Part shown: positions 36,484-46,240 of the stretch, piece after piece
Layout of the letters: each line of letters starts with the position of its first letter
Numbering within the stretch: the stretch's first letter is position 1
Source of the DNA: Escherichia phage ECOP18
Direction: 5' to 3' (one strand)
Length of the DNA stretch: 64,000 nt
Sequence record: NC_105825.1
The notes under the pieces: generated by a model
Told to the model about the DNA's origin: nothing
The model's input: only the letters and a program-made list of their open reading frames with translations
Database searches by the model: none
Position numbers and translations under genes: made by a program

Positions 36484-39273
36484 GTGTTCTCAATCCTACA
36501 AGGTCATGCAGGATTTCATCGTGATTTAGCCACAGGCAATTGGCGAGAAGTTAAAGCAGAAGACTATCTTTTTGCTAAAAGATTTTCCTCAAAGCATCCT
36601 GAAGGTAAACCAGCTTCAATGCCCTTCAAGTTTGATGTAATTGATGAAGTTGATCCTCAAACCCTAGTAGAAATGCTTCCTCTTATGAGACGTTTAACGT
36701 CTGACCCTCATATCGTTGCGGTACGAGGTCGATGTCTTGCACCTAAAAATAATGTGCGACGTAAGAAGGGCAACTTTAATGTATCTAACCCAAGTCATAT
36801 AATCGCAATGGATGTGGATGGTATTGTAGATACAGGTGGTTGTAACAAGTTTGATCTTGTTGGCATGGCTCGACATATTATTAGAATGTTAAATAGTATT
36901 AGTGAGGATATGTTCCCTCTTGATGCAGGGTTTATCGCTCATGCATCGTCTTCGGCTGGGCTAAAACCAGGTATCCGAATGCACTTAATACTAGAATCTA
37001 ATGTTAAAGTAACTCAGGGTCAAATCAAATTCTTATTTACATCTATCAACGAAAGTAGTAGACAAAAGTATGGCTTTGATATTGCCGACTTAGCTTATTA
37101 CTCTTCCGTACAGCTTCATTATTTTGCAGATCCGTTATTTATCGATGGTATAGTAGATCCGTTTAAAGCGGAGGGTGCTTCACGTCTGGTATTTGTTAAG
37201 GGTTCTAAAGTAAATTTACCCAATAATCTGGTTGACTATGAAACAACTAGAGGAGAGTTTAAAGAGGAGTTCTACTCCTTACTCGATCAAATTAAAGGTA
37301 AAAAGGCTGCCTCTGATAAAGTAGAAGAAACCATCAGCGAGTTAGAAGAAGCCGAGGATGGAGTGTATCTACGTATTATTCCTAAACTCTATCACAGAGC
37401 TTTAGAGGATGGTGTTGATTTTGCATGGCTAGAAAAAGAAATCCGCCCAGCCTTATCAGAATATATTGCAACTAAAGATAATAGTCGTAATATTCAAGAC
37501 TACTTTAATAACGGTCGTAAACAGGCTCTGAAAGCGTTTGTTAATAATTCTAAACGCGATATACCTGATGTTTTAAAAGGTATTCCACTTAAAAAGCTAG
37601 AAACTAATTCTCTAGAAACTGATAACTTCTTGAAATTAAACACTGTACCACCAGAAGGTTATATGACTTTTGTAAAAGCAAGTCTAGGTACAGGTAAAAC
37701 TACGGCGGTTGTGCGTTGGTTGGATTCAGGAGTTATTAAAGGTAATTTCTTAGCAATTACCAATACTCGAGCACTGGTATCTTCAAATGCTAAGAAATTT
37801 AGTGCAGGACAATATGATAAGTCTGTAGATATGCTTAATTTTAAGCGTGGTGCTATTGACCGTATGTCCACAACTATTCACTCTTTGCATAAATTCAAGA
37901 GTTTTATTGGTCAAATTGACGCAATCTTTATCGATGAATGTGATGCAGTAATGAATGACCTATTATTCGCCCCGGTTGTTAAGCAACGTCGCGAGTGTAT
38001 TCAGGTTCTTAGGGATATTCTTGCAACTGCAAAAATCATTATATTATCCGATGGTGATATTAGTGCGGAAACAATTGAAGCATATGGTTCTTTGATTGAG
38101 TTCGATAAACCAGTTGCATTCTATAATCATCACCGTAAGATGCTGTCAAAAGCTCATGCTTATGAGTTCCCTGATGAATCCAGTATTTGGGTTGCACTTC
38201 AGACTTCTCTAGAGATGGGTGAGAAATCTATTCTAGTATCTGATTGTGGTCCTGATGAGCTGAATGAGAAGGGTATGGCACTACGTCGTAATACTGGTGC
38301 GTTAGTTAAGGAAATCCATTCAAACTCCACCTCAGATGTGGATATTCGACGTATTCTGGATTATACAACTAATGAGCTAATTGATCAACAAATTGATTGC
38401 TTATTATGTAGTCCATCCGTAACGAGTGGCGTTGACTTCAACTATTTCGATAATGTATTTGTTATTACTAGAACCAGTAATCAAGCGCCAAACATGCGTT
38501 TTCAAGCAATCAGGCGCGACCGTGGTGCTCAGAACATCTATTATTTTATTGATAAATCCACAAGTGGATTCTCCGCAGGTTCTGAACAATATAACATTGA
38601 TGAGGGTTGGCTGGAGTTAGCACAGCAATTATACGCACGTCGTAGGGAGCTGGAATCTAGGAACTATACTAGTACTTTACGTTATTACTTGCTTGATCAG
38701 GGTGCAACTATTGATATTTTCAGCGAAAGCTGGGGAACTATTGAAGGTGCTGGTAAAGAGTACACAGAAGAGCGAATCAAAGCTATTCTGCACTCAACTC
38801 CTGATTATTGTGCTCCACGTCATGCGGATGCGTATGAGGCTAAACTACTTCTTGTTCGCTATTATCATCTTGGGTCTATTAAAGATGTAACAGTTGAGCA
38901 TGTTGAACAATATATCAAAGATAAACCGAATGATCGAGCTGCATTCTTCCATAAGATGCACGAGATGTTCTGGGAAGATATTAAGAAGTGTTCAAATGTT
39001 ACTATCAAACCATTCATAGAAGCTCTGAAAGGTAAGAAGAAAGATTTCTTCCTTAAAACAGGTCAGAGTGCTAACCCAAAATATGCTAGAATGTATCTTG
39101 GTATGATGGGTATTGGTAAGGATATGAACACTGAAAATATTGTAGACTGGTACAGAACCTATTGTAAAATCGAGTGTATGCCAATTCCTTATAAGTTCAT
39201 GACTGACGAGGAAAAACATATGCATGATGAAGCAATGTCAGAGCTAGGTGCTAGAAATGACAGTGAAGAATAA
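36484..39273 (+). CDS. large P-loop ATPase / putative helicase
   Basis: Walker A LGTGKTT and Walker B FIDECDAV; start placed at in-frame GTG with AGGAG RBS (uncertain). Confidence 0.55.
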   Translation: MFSILQGHAGFHRDLATGNWREVKAEDYLFAKRFSSKHPEGKPASMPFKFDVIDEVDPQTLVEMLPLMRRLTSDPHIVAVRGRCLAPKNNVRRKKGNFNVSNPSHIIAMDVDGIVDTGGCNKFDLVGMARHIIRMLNSISEDMFPLDAGFIAHASSSAGLKPGIRMHLILESNVKVTQGQIKFLFTSINESSRQKYGFDIADLAYYSSVQLHYFADPLFIDGIVDPFKAEGASRLVFVKGSKVNLPNNLVDYETTRGEFKEEFYSLLDQIKGKKAASDKVEETISELEEAEDGVYLRIIPKLYHRALEDGVDFAWLEKEIRPALSEYIATKDNSRNIQDYFNNGRKQALKAFVNNSKRDIPDVLKGIPLKKLETNSLETDNFLKLNTVPPEGYMTFVKASLGTGKTTAVVRWLDSGVIKGNFLAITNTRALVSSNAKKFSAGQYDKSVDMLNFKRGAIDRMSTTIHSLHKFKSFIGQIDAIFIDECDAVMNDLLFAPVVKQRRECIQVLRDILATAKIIILSDGDISAETIEAYGSLIEFDKPVAFYNHHRKMLSKAHAYEFPDESSIWVALQTSLEMGEKSILVSDCGPDELNEKGMALRRNTGALVKEIHSNSTSDVDIRRILDYTTNELIDQQIDCLLCSPSVTSGVDFNYFDNVFVITRTSNQAPNMRFQAIRRDRGAQNIYYFIDKSTSGFSAGSEQYNIDEGWLELAQQLYARRRELESRNYTSTLRYYLLDQGATIDIFSESWGTIEGAGKEYTEERIKAILHSTPDYCAPRHADAYEAKLLLVRYYHLGSIKDVTVEHVEQYIKDKPNDRAAFFHKMHEMFWEDIKKCSNVTIKPFIEALKGKKKDFFLKTGQSANPKYARMYLGMMGIGKDMNTENIVDWYRTYCKIECMPIPYKFMTDEEKHMHDEAMSELGARNDSEE

Positions 39274-39490
39274 AAAATGGGAAACAAGGAAGTTTCCAGT
39301 AAAAGAACGTAAAGTTCCTATTTATGATACTTCGGAAAAGCTATGTAGGGTGGTACCGCACAGATTAGCTGGCATCCCTAACATATCCGAATGGTTACTT
39401 AAACAACGGAGGACTAACGTATCCCTTCGCATAGGGTTTGAGTTAGATAAAGTATACGCTGAACTTTCTTCTTTGCTCAAAGAATCATAA
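39248..39490 (+). CDS. hypothetical protein
   Basis: 80-aa ORF overlapping helicase 3' end. Confidence 0.35.
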   Translation: MLEMTVKNKKWETRKFPVKERKVPIYDTSEKLCRVVPHRLAGIPNISEWLLKQRRTNVSLRIGFELDKVYAELSSLLKES

Positions 39491-39498
39491 AAAATTTA

Positions 39499-39528
39499 TT
39501 TGCTTTCAGGAAAATTTTTCTGTATAAT
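39499..39528 (+). promoter_or_regulatory. T5 P_N25-type early promoter
   Basis: TCATAAAAAATTTATTTGCTTTCAGGAAAATTTTTCTGTATAATAGATTCATAAATTTGAGAGAGGAG matches P_N25 as I recall it. Confidence 0.75.
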
Positions 39529-39559
39529 AGATTCATAAATTTGAGAGAGGAGTTTAAAT

Positions 39560-40264
39560 ATGGCTGGTTCTCGCAGGAAGAAACATATCCATGAAATCCC
39601 GGATGAAGTCTTTAAAAAAGTTATAGAGCATCTGGAGAACGGTGGTACTAAGAAAGCAGCATGTGAAATGCTCGGCGTATCCTCCAATCCGACTATGGAA
39701 AGGATGATAGAAGAGTGGCAAGATCGCCAAATTCAAGTTGCCGAGATGAAGAAAAAGAAACGTGGTACACTCATTGAAGGTATTGAGTTGGCCAACGTTA
39801 TTGAACAGTATCTATCTGGTGATTCCTTTGAGGAGATTGCCGATCGTAATTATCGTTCTGTAGCAATGGTTAAATCTGTTCTGGAACGCTATGGTGCTCT
39901 GCTTCGTTTGAATGATATTGTAGACCCATTGAATCCGCCAATTATTCCTGATGATGCTGTAGCAGAAGAATTTGAGATAGGCGAGCTTGTTTGGGTTCCT
40001 GGATACCAGTGTATTGGTGAAATCAAAAAAGCAATGGATAACCCCGTTGGTTGCTACCGTGTATGGCTTCTATCGGAAGGCAAACAACAGAATGTTCATT
40101 ATATGAATTATGAATTAGCTTCTGTAAAGCATTTGGAAAAGCTGGGGGTAGATGTAAAATCTCTGGGATATAAATGGACTCGGGAAGAAGTCATTACATT
40201 GATTAACGAAGCTGTTAAGGCTGCCCTGAAACTTGATAAAGAAAAAGGAAAACGCCGTGAGTAA
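39560..40264 (+). CDS. HTH DNA-binding protein
   Basis: Behind the P_N25-type promoter; N-terminal HTH (GGTKKAACEMLGVS). Confidence 0.55.
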   Translation: MAGSRRKKHIHEIPDEVFKKVIEHLENGGTKKAACEMLGVSSNPTMERMIEEWQDRQIQVAEMKKKKRGTLIEGIELANVIEQYLSGDSFEEIADRNYRSVAMVKSVLERYGALLRLNDIVDPLNPPIIPDDAVAEEFEIGELVWVPGYQCIGEIKKAMDNPVGCYRVWLLSEGKQQNVHYMNYELASVKHLEKLGVDVKSLGYKWTREEVITLINEAVKAALKLDKEKGKRRE

Positions 40265-40493
40265 ACTAACTGATTTACTTAAAGATGGAGATGTAAAATA
40301 TCTCCAGCGGGATAGCTGGGAAAATAGTAAAGAATATACTGTACTATTGAAATTTGACGTAGACAGCAATACTGTACGCCAATACGTGTGGATGCCTTCA
40401 GACACTACGCTGCTGCCTAGTGATGAAGAGGTTGAATTAACACTAGACGAAGCTCTAGCGGATGATTGGGAGATTGTTGAGCTAGATGTGTAG
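40233..40493 (+). CDS. hypothetical acidic protein
   Basis: 86-aa ORF. Confidence 0.4.
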   Translation: MIKKKENAVSKLTDLLKDGDVKYLQRDSWENSKEYTVLLKFDVDSNTVRQYVWMPSDTTLLPSDEEVELTLDEALADDWEIVELDV

Positions 40494-40599
40494 CAATTAC
40501 CGAAAAATTTCAGTTGCTTAATCCTACAATTCTTGATATAATATTCTCATAGTTTGAAAGAACTATTCTGTTTAATTCTTAATTAAGGAAATATAAAAT

Positions 40600-41010
40600 A
40601 TGACTACTCCAACTCAGTGGACTGATGAACTGTTTGAAAAAATGTCTTCCGAATACGTTGCTCGTATGGAGCAATTCCCAGAGGATGAACGTCCGGGTGT
40701 TAGCATGGAAATTGTTAGCGAAATCGCCCAGGAAAATGGTGTAACTCCGAACGGTTTTCGTATGAAGCTGACTAAAGCAGGTTTGTATATCAAGAAAGCT
40801 GCTGGCTCTGCTTCTAAATCTAGCGCATCTACTGGAGAAAAAGCTTCCGGTGGTTCTCGTACCTCCAAAGCCCAAGCTCATGCTGATCTTCGTTCAGCAT
40901 TCTCTGATGCTGGCTTAGCACCAGATTTTCTGGATGATGCAATTATCGACAAACTGACCGGTAAAGCGGCTGCTCATATGGCAGAAGCAATCCGAGCTAT
41001 CACTAAGTAA
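40600..41010 (+). CDS. hypothetical protein
   Basis: 136-aa ORF behind consensus promoter. Confidence 0.55.
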   Translation: MTTPTQWTDELFEKMSSEYVARMEQFPEDERPGVSMEIVSEIAQENGVTPNGFRMKLTKAGLYIKKAAGSASKSSASTGEKASGGSRTSKAQAHADLRSAFSDAGLAPDFLDDAIIDKLTGKAAAHMAEAIRAITK

Positions 41011-41046
41011 TTTTTAGATAAATCCACCAACAAAAGGAACACAGTT

Positions 41047-41343
41047 ATGACCAAAGCTGAAATTATTGCACAATGTGAAAAATTTGGTGAGTTTTATCTT
41101 CATTACGAGAAACTTCGTCAGAAAGGAACCACGTACCTTCAGGGTACGATGGAATTTGATCCAGCCCAGGATAAATATCTGGCTGAGCGTATTAAACGTG
41201 AACGTATTCGTAAAGCGAAAGATGATGAGATCCTTGTCTTCTCTCGTACTAATGATAGCTTCCGTTTTATTCCTGTCGAGAAAGTCCGTCGTGTGACTAG
41301 CCTCCAGTCAGAGTTAGATCGTGCTTCTCCAGTAGGCCGATAA
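41047..41343 (+). CDS. hypothetical protein
   Basis: 98-aa ORF followed by terminator. Confidence 0.5.
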   Translation: MTKAEIIAQCEKFGEFYLHYEKLRQKGTTYLQGTMEFDPAQDKYLAERIKRERIRKAKDDEILVFSRTNDSFRFIPVEKVRRVTSLQSELDRASPVGR

Positions 41344-41353
41344 GAAACCAATT

Positions 41354-41378
41354 AGCCCCTATATGGGGCTTTTTGTGT
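41354..41378 (+). terminator. rho-independent terminator
   Basis: Hairpin AGCCCC/GGGGCT then TTTTTG. Confidence 0.6.
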
Positions 41379-41393
41379 ATTTGGGATATGTAA

Positions 41394-41699
41394 ATGAGCG
41401 AACAGGTAAATCAAAACTATGATGGACACGTTGATGACCAGTCCATCATACTTTGGGAGAAGGAGGGAGAACAAGTAAGATTAACAGTATCTGAATTTCG
41501 TGGGAATCTATACATGGGTATTCGTTACTGGCTTCTTGATATTAATGATGAATGGTTTCCAACGAAATCTGGCTTCTCTTTTCCTTACACCCTAGAAACA
41601 ACATCACAGCTTTTCTATGCGTTTACACAGATTCTTAGCGAATCTGAGGTTTTACATGAAGTACAGAAACGAGCTGAAGAACTCAAAGCCAAGAACTAG
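41394..41699 (+). CDS. hypothetical protein
   Basis: 101-aa ORF. Confidence 0.5.
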   Translation: MSEQVNQNYDGHVDDQSIILWEKEGEQVRLTVSEFRGNLYMGIRYWLLDINDEWFPTKSGFSFPYTLETTSQLFYAFTQILSESEVLHEVQKRAEELKAKN

Positions 41700-41772
41700 G
41701 CATTCTTGGCTTTTTCTTTATAAATGTATTTGCTTTCAACTCAGTTTTGTTATATAATATTTATATAAATTA

Positions 41773-41988
41773 ATGAGAGGATTAATCATGGCAATGACAG
41801 TAACACTTCCCAAGATTCAAGCAAAACTTAATCTACTTTCCACAGCACGCATTAATTATCAGGATAACATAGGCACAGTAAATCAAAAGGTGTACAAAGA
41901 TGCGTTTCTGAAAGAATCTGCTGATTTGATGGATATGGTTACACAATATAATAAAGAACTCAAGATGGAAATCGCCGATGATGAATAA
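41773..41988 (+). CDS. hypothetical protein
   Basis: 71-aa ORF behind consensus promoter. Confidence 0.45.
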   Translation: MRGLIMAMTVTLPKIQAKLNLLSTARINYQDNIGTVNQKVYKDAFLKESADLMDMVTQYNKELKMEIADDE

Positions 41989-42952
41989 TGTAAAAGACTT
42001 TATTAAGCGTTGTCAAGAAGCATATTATCAAGGCATGTCTTTAATCTCTGACGAAGAATATGATCGTCTGATTAAAAGATTTCCACTAGAAGAAGAGATC
42101 GGGCCTAAGGGTGATATTCCACACCTGTATCGTATGTATTCTTTACAGAAAGTTTATTATAATCGTGGAGATAAACCTCCGTTTAACCCATTAGGTCAGG
42201 TGGAAACTGATAAGTTAGATGGTTGTGCGATTTCTCTGCTATATATTAATGGCGATTTTGTTCAAGCACTAACTCGTGGTAACGGTATTTTAGGAAATGA
42301 TGTCACAAGCAACGTAAGATTGCTGAACATCCCCAAAAAGATTTCCCAAAAAGTACCTACTCAAATCACTGGTGAAGTTCTAATTACAAAAGAAGTAGAA
42401 AATAAACGTAACTTTGCCTCTGGTGCTATTAACCTCAAAGATAGCGATGATTTCGTACAACGTATCGGGGAAGGTGGTTTAATCTTCGTTGCATATGGTA
42501 TCCAGTGTTCTGCTGAATCTGTAGGTATTACAGAAGCATATTTAAAAGATATGCTTTGGCTAGAGAATGAGAACTTCTTAACAGTTGTTAATGTGCGTTC
42601 CTTCTTTAAATGGATTCCGACGGACGGTAAAGTTGTCCGTATTAATGATAACAACAAATTCTTCCGAGAAGGCTGGACTAATAAATTCCCTCGTGGAGCA
42701 TTCGCTATTAAAGAGGATGAAGAAGGCGAGATTACAACCCTTACTAAAGTTGAATGGCAGGTAGGGGCTTCTGGTAAAGTAACTCCAGTTGGTTATTTCG
42801 AACCGGTAATTATTGATGATGCTACAATTGTTAAAGCGACTCTTAATAACGTTGATTATATTAACTCTCTTGATTTAGAGATCGGTTGCCAGATTCGAGT
42901 GATTCGTGCTGGTGGTGTAATCCCGTGCATAGTAGAGCGAGTATACGATTAA
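41978..42952 (+). CDS. lig: NAD-dependent DNA ligase, N-terminal adenylation fragment
   Basis: KxDG adenylation motif (ETDKLDGCA). Confidence 0.65.
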   Translation: MMNNVKDFIKRCQEAYYQGMSLISDEEYDRLIKRFPLEEEIGPKGDIPHLYRMYSLQKVYYNRGDKPPFNPLGQVETDKLDGCAISLLYINGDFVQALTRGNGILGNDVTSNVRLLNIPKKISQKVPTQITGEVLITKEVENKRNFASGAINLKDSDDFVQRIGEGGLIFVAYGIQCSAESVGITEAYLKDMLWLENENFLTVVNVRSFFKWIPTDGKVVRINDNNKFFREGWTNKFPRGAFAIKEDEEGEITTLTKVEWQVGASGKVTPVGYFEPVIIDDATIVKATLNNVDYINSLDLEIGCQIRVIRAGGVIPCIVERVYD

Positions 42953-43095
42953 TACATAACCCTTTGCTACCCATCTACCATATCGGAATTATAAAGTGGT
43001 TATTGACATTTTCGCCGCTTAGGTATATACTATTATCATTCAGTTGAGGGATAGAAAGTTATGGCGAGGGTAAGCAAAGTTAGTTAAAATTGTAG

Positions 43096-43124
43096 TTGCT
43101 AAATGCTTAAATACTTGCTATAAT
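43096..43124 (+). promoter_or_regulatory. sigma70-type promoter inside the split ligase locus
   Basis: TTGCTA-N17-TATAAT upstream of the second ligase ORF. Confidence 0.55.
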
Positions 43125-43151
43125 ATTTATATAAATTGATAAGGAAGAAAT

Positions 43152-43925
43152 TTGATGAAAATCGAAATTCCAACACAATGTCCCTCTTGTGGTTCTAAGC
43201 TAGATCTTGTCAACGGACAATTATTCTGTCGGAATAAGTCCAACTGTCCAGCGCAATCAAGTAAGTTAATTGAGAACTTCTGTTCAAAAATGAAGTTAAA
43301 GGGCTTTGGCCCGAAAACTATTGAGAAGCTGGAGCTGACGAAGATTTCAGAACTCTTTTACCTAACCGAAGAAGATTTGGTTAGAGCCGTGGGTAGTAAG
43401 GTTGCCGCTAAGTTAATTAGCGAATTAAATACTAAAGTTCGCGGAGACATTGACTTTGGTTCAGTTCTCGGTTCTTTAGGAATCCCTCTAATTGGAGAGG
43501 TTGCAGCAAAGAAATTATCCCAAAATTGCACTAGCTTCCATGATGTGAAGGCTGACGGCAAGGCTGGAGAAAATTATAAAGCCTGGCTAAATTCCCCACA
43601 AGGCAAGGATGTTATCGAATTACCGTGGAAATTCTCAACTGGTGCTAAAGCTAAAACCGTCGTTACTGATGATTTAGTTGCCCAGCCAAATGGAATCGCG
43701 GTATGTATTACCGGATCTTTGCAAGATTTTGCAAATCGAACGGATGCAACAAACTACTTAGAAGGTCTAGGATACACGGTTAAGAAATCCGTTACCAAAG
43801 ACGTCAAATACCTAATCTGTGAGGATGAATCAAAACGTTCTTCCTCATCTTATAAGAAAGCCGAAACGAATGGGATAGAAATCCTGTCGATTAAAGAACT
43901 ATTGGAGAAAAATAATAATGTCTAA
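43152..43925 (+). CDS. lig: NAD-dependent DNA ligase, C-terminal fragment
   Basis: LigA-type zinc finger (CPSCGSKL ... CRNKSNC) with helical and BRCT-like tail; own promoter and RBS. Confidence 0.65.
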   Translation: MMKIEIPTQCPSCGSKLDLVNGQLFCRNKSNCPAQSSKLIENFCSKMKLKGFGPKTIEKLELTKISELFYLTEEDLVRAVGSKVAAKLISELNTKVRGDIDFGSVLGSLGIPLIGEVAAKKLSQNCTSFHDVKADGKAGENYKAWLNSPQGKDVIELPWKFSTGAKAKTVVTDDLVAQPNGIAVCITGSLQDFANRTDATNYLEGLGYTVKKSVTKDVKYLICEDESKRSSSSYKKAETNGIEILSIKELLEKNNNV

Positions 43926-44685
43926 ACTGAACTGGAACGTAGAAGGTGTAACCGAGTCTCTGAAAGCAAAAGCCACTGCTCTGGGTGTTGCTGTAATCTC
44001 TCAAGAACAAGTAGCTGCTATCGCTGCTGAACTGGCCGCTGAAACTGGCAAAGATGTTACCGCTCGCTCTGTTGGCTCTAAACTGCGTAAAGAAGGTTTT
44101 GAAGTACAGAAAGCTAACGAAGTACAGAAATCCCCGTGGACTCCTGAGCAGGAAGCTGAACTGGTTGATTTCCTGAACGCTCATGCTGGTCAGTATACCT
44201 ATGCTGAAATCGCTGCTGCTGTGGCTGGTGGTCAGTTCGGTGCTAAGCAGGTACAGGGTAAGATTCTGAGTCTGGAAATGACCGCTTCTGTTAAGCCAAC
44301 CGAAAAAGCTGCTGCTGTTCGTTCCTTCACTCCAGATGAAGAAACTGATTTTGTTAATCAGGTTGTTGCTGGTGCTACTATTGAAGCTATCGCTGCTCAC
44401 TTCGGTCGTAATATTAAGCAGATCCGCGGTAAAGCTCTGAGCCTGCTTCGTGAAGGTCGTATCGCTGCTATGCCGGTACAGGAAACCTCAAGTGCTAAAA
44501 CTAGTGAAGATCTGTTAGAAGGTCTGGATCTGGTTAACATGACTGTTGCTGAGATCGCTGAGAAAACTGGTAAGTCTGAGCGCGGTGTTAAATCTATGCT
44601 GTCTCGTCGTGGTCTGGTTGCTAAGGACTATGATGGTGCCGCTAAGCGTGCTAAACTGGATGCAAAAGCTGCGGCTGCTGAATAA
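43918..44685 (+). CDS. repeat HTH-like DNA-binding protein
   Basis: Four tandem ~55-aa repeats; GC-richer host-like codons; terminator downstream. Confidence 0.55.
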   Translation: MSKLNWNVEGVTESLKAKATALGVAVISQEQVAAIAAELAAETGKDVTARSVGSKLRKEGFEVQKANEVQKSPWTPEQEAELVDFLNAHAGQYTYAEIAAAVAGGQFGAKQVQGKILSLEMTASVKPTEKAAAVRSFTPDEETDFVNQVVAGATIEAIAAHFGRNIKQIRGKALSLLREGRIAAMPVQETSSAKTSEDLLEGLDLVNMTVAEIAEKTGKSERGVKSMLSRRGLVAKDYDGAAKRAKLDAKAAAAE

Positions 44686-44702
44686 TCTGGTAAATTAAAC
44701 CT

Positions 44703-44736
44703 AAGGGGAGGGGGCTATGCTCCTTCCCCTTTTTGC
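44703..44736 (+). terminator. rho-independent terminator
   Basis: Hairpin AAGGGGAGG/CCTTCCCCTT then TTTTTG. Confidence 0.6.
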
Positions 44737-44767
44737 ATTTAGAAGGCACGAAAGCGTGCAAAGGAGA

Positions 44768-46240
44768 ATGACCTTGTTTAACGTGCAAGCTGTAGTGTTG
44801 AAGATGCTTCTAGCTTCCGAACAGAAGCAAATAGCATTGGAAACATTCTCAAAACTGCATAAAGATCATTTTAATGACGCTTTCTCCTCAATTTACCAAG
44901 CCGTCCAGAATTATTATAAAAAATATAACACAATGCCGTCCATTGACGCACTTATGCTTGAAGCTAATAGGAACGCCCGCCTTTCTCAAGCTCTAGTCGT
45001 CTTAGCTAACACTCAAATTCCAGAAGTGAGCATGGAACAGGCACTTGAAGTCCTAGAGGCTGAATATACACAGGATTTATTCCTGAAGCTTCTAGAAACA
45101 GACGTGCTTCAAGATTTAACAATGCTGGATCAGGGAGAAATTCTCAACCGAGTTGCCTCCCTTCACTTAAAATTAGAAGAGAAAGTAACGAATACTGGAA
45201 AAGTATTCAACGCAGATAACATGCGTATTTTCCAGAGAGAAGAAGATACCAAACTGAACTTAATCGCTCTTGGTATTTGTAATGAGTTCGACGCTCAAAT
45301 TGGTTTAGCTCGCACAGAAACGTTACTGCTTGGTGGTTGGCGTGGTACTGGTAAATCCATTATCTGTTCAAACATACAGGTTCAGCAATATTTGAATGGA
45401 GATATTGCTCCATACTTCTCAATTGAGATGAAAGAACATGAAGTATTTAGACGTAATCTAGCCATGTTAGCCGGGGTATCAGCACTAGCAATGCGTAATA
45501 ATACTCTAGAAGGTGCAGCTCTATTGAGATTAGCCAGAACTAGAGCTAGAATGTTCAACGGTGGTGAAGAGCTTTTCGATAACTTCGTTAAACAGTATAC
45601 AATGGCTAAGATGAGTGATTTCTACGATATGGAGAGTAAGCTAATAGAAGGGTATGAACTACATACTCCTATGATTATCGTTTATGACCCTGAACTGTCC
45701 ATTACAACAGTTGACGTAGAATTAAATAAATTAGTTGCTAGATATGGTGATAAAGTTACAGTAGCTTTACTGGACTATATTAACCAAACCCGACTTCCAG
45801 ATTCTAAAACCATTGATATGTATGACTGGAAAGAACAGATGGTTGTTAGCTCGTCTTTCAAATCCATCTGCCAGAAACATAACGTGGCTGGCGTAGCTCC
45901 TTACCAGATCGATCAAGATGGTAGAACACGTATGTCAAAGGGGATTCTTGATTCCGCAGACATGGCTGCTAATCTTAATGCTGCAAAAGCTGATAATGGT
46001 CAAGGTGCTATTATGTTTGACTTCGTTAAGACTCGTTCTTCTGATAGCGTGAAGTTTATGCCTAAAATGAACTGGGAAACCCTGCGGATGGATAACACTA
46101 CCAATCTAGCAATGGAAGATATATCTCAAATGGAAGCTGAGTTCGTTATCCCTATTGAGAAGGATAAGCCGGCTCAACCTAAACGTGCTAAGAAAGACAA
46201 AACTGAAAATTCAACAGGTGAACAGGCCAGCGATATATGA
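44768..46240 (+). CDS. replicative DNA helicase (DnaB-like)
   Basis: P-loop GGWRGTGKS; start at ATG with AAGGAGA RBS downstream of the terminator at 44703-44736. Confidence 0.65.
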   Translation: MTLFNVQAVVLKMLLASEQKQIALETFSKLHKDHFNDAFSSIYQAVQNYYKKYNTMPSIDALMLEANRNARLSQALVVLANTQIPEVSMEQALEVLEAEYTQDLFLKLLETDVLQDLTMLDQGEILNRVASLHLKLEEKVTNTGKVFNADNMRIFQREEDTKLNLIALGICNEFDAQIGLARTETLLLGGWRGTGKSIICSNIQVQQYLNGDIAPYFSIEMKEHEVFRRNLAMLAGVSALAMRNNTLEGAALLRLARTRARMFNGGEELFDNFVKQYTMAKMSDFYDMESKLIEGYELHTPMIIVYDPELSITTVDVELNKLVARYGDKVTVALLDYINQTRLPDSKTIDMYDWKEQMVVSSSFKSICQKHNVAGVAPYQIDQDGRTRMSKGILDSADMAANLNAAKADNGQGAIMFDFVKTRSSDSVKFMPKMNWETLRMDNTTNLAMEDISQMEAEFVIPIEKDKPAQPKRAKKDKTENSTGEQASDI

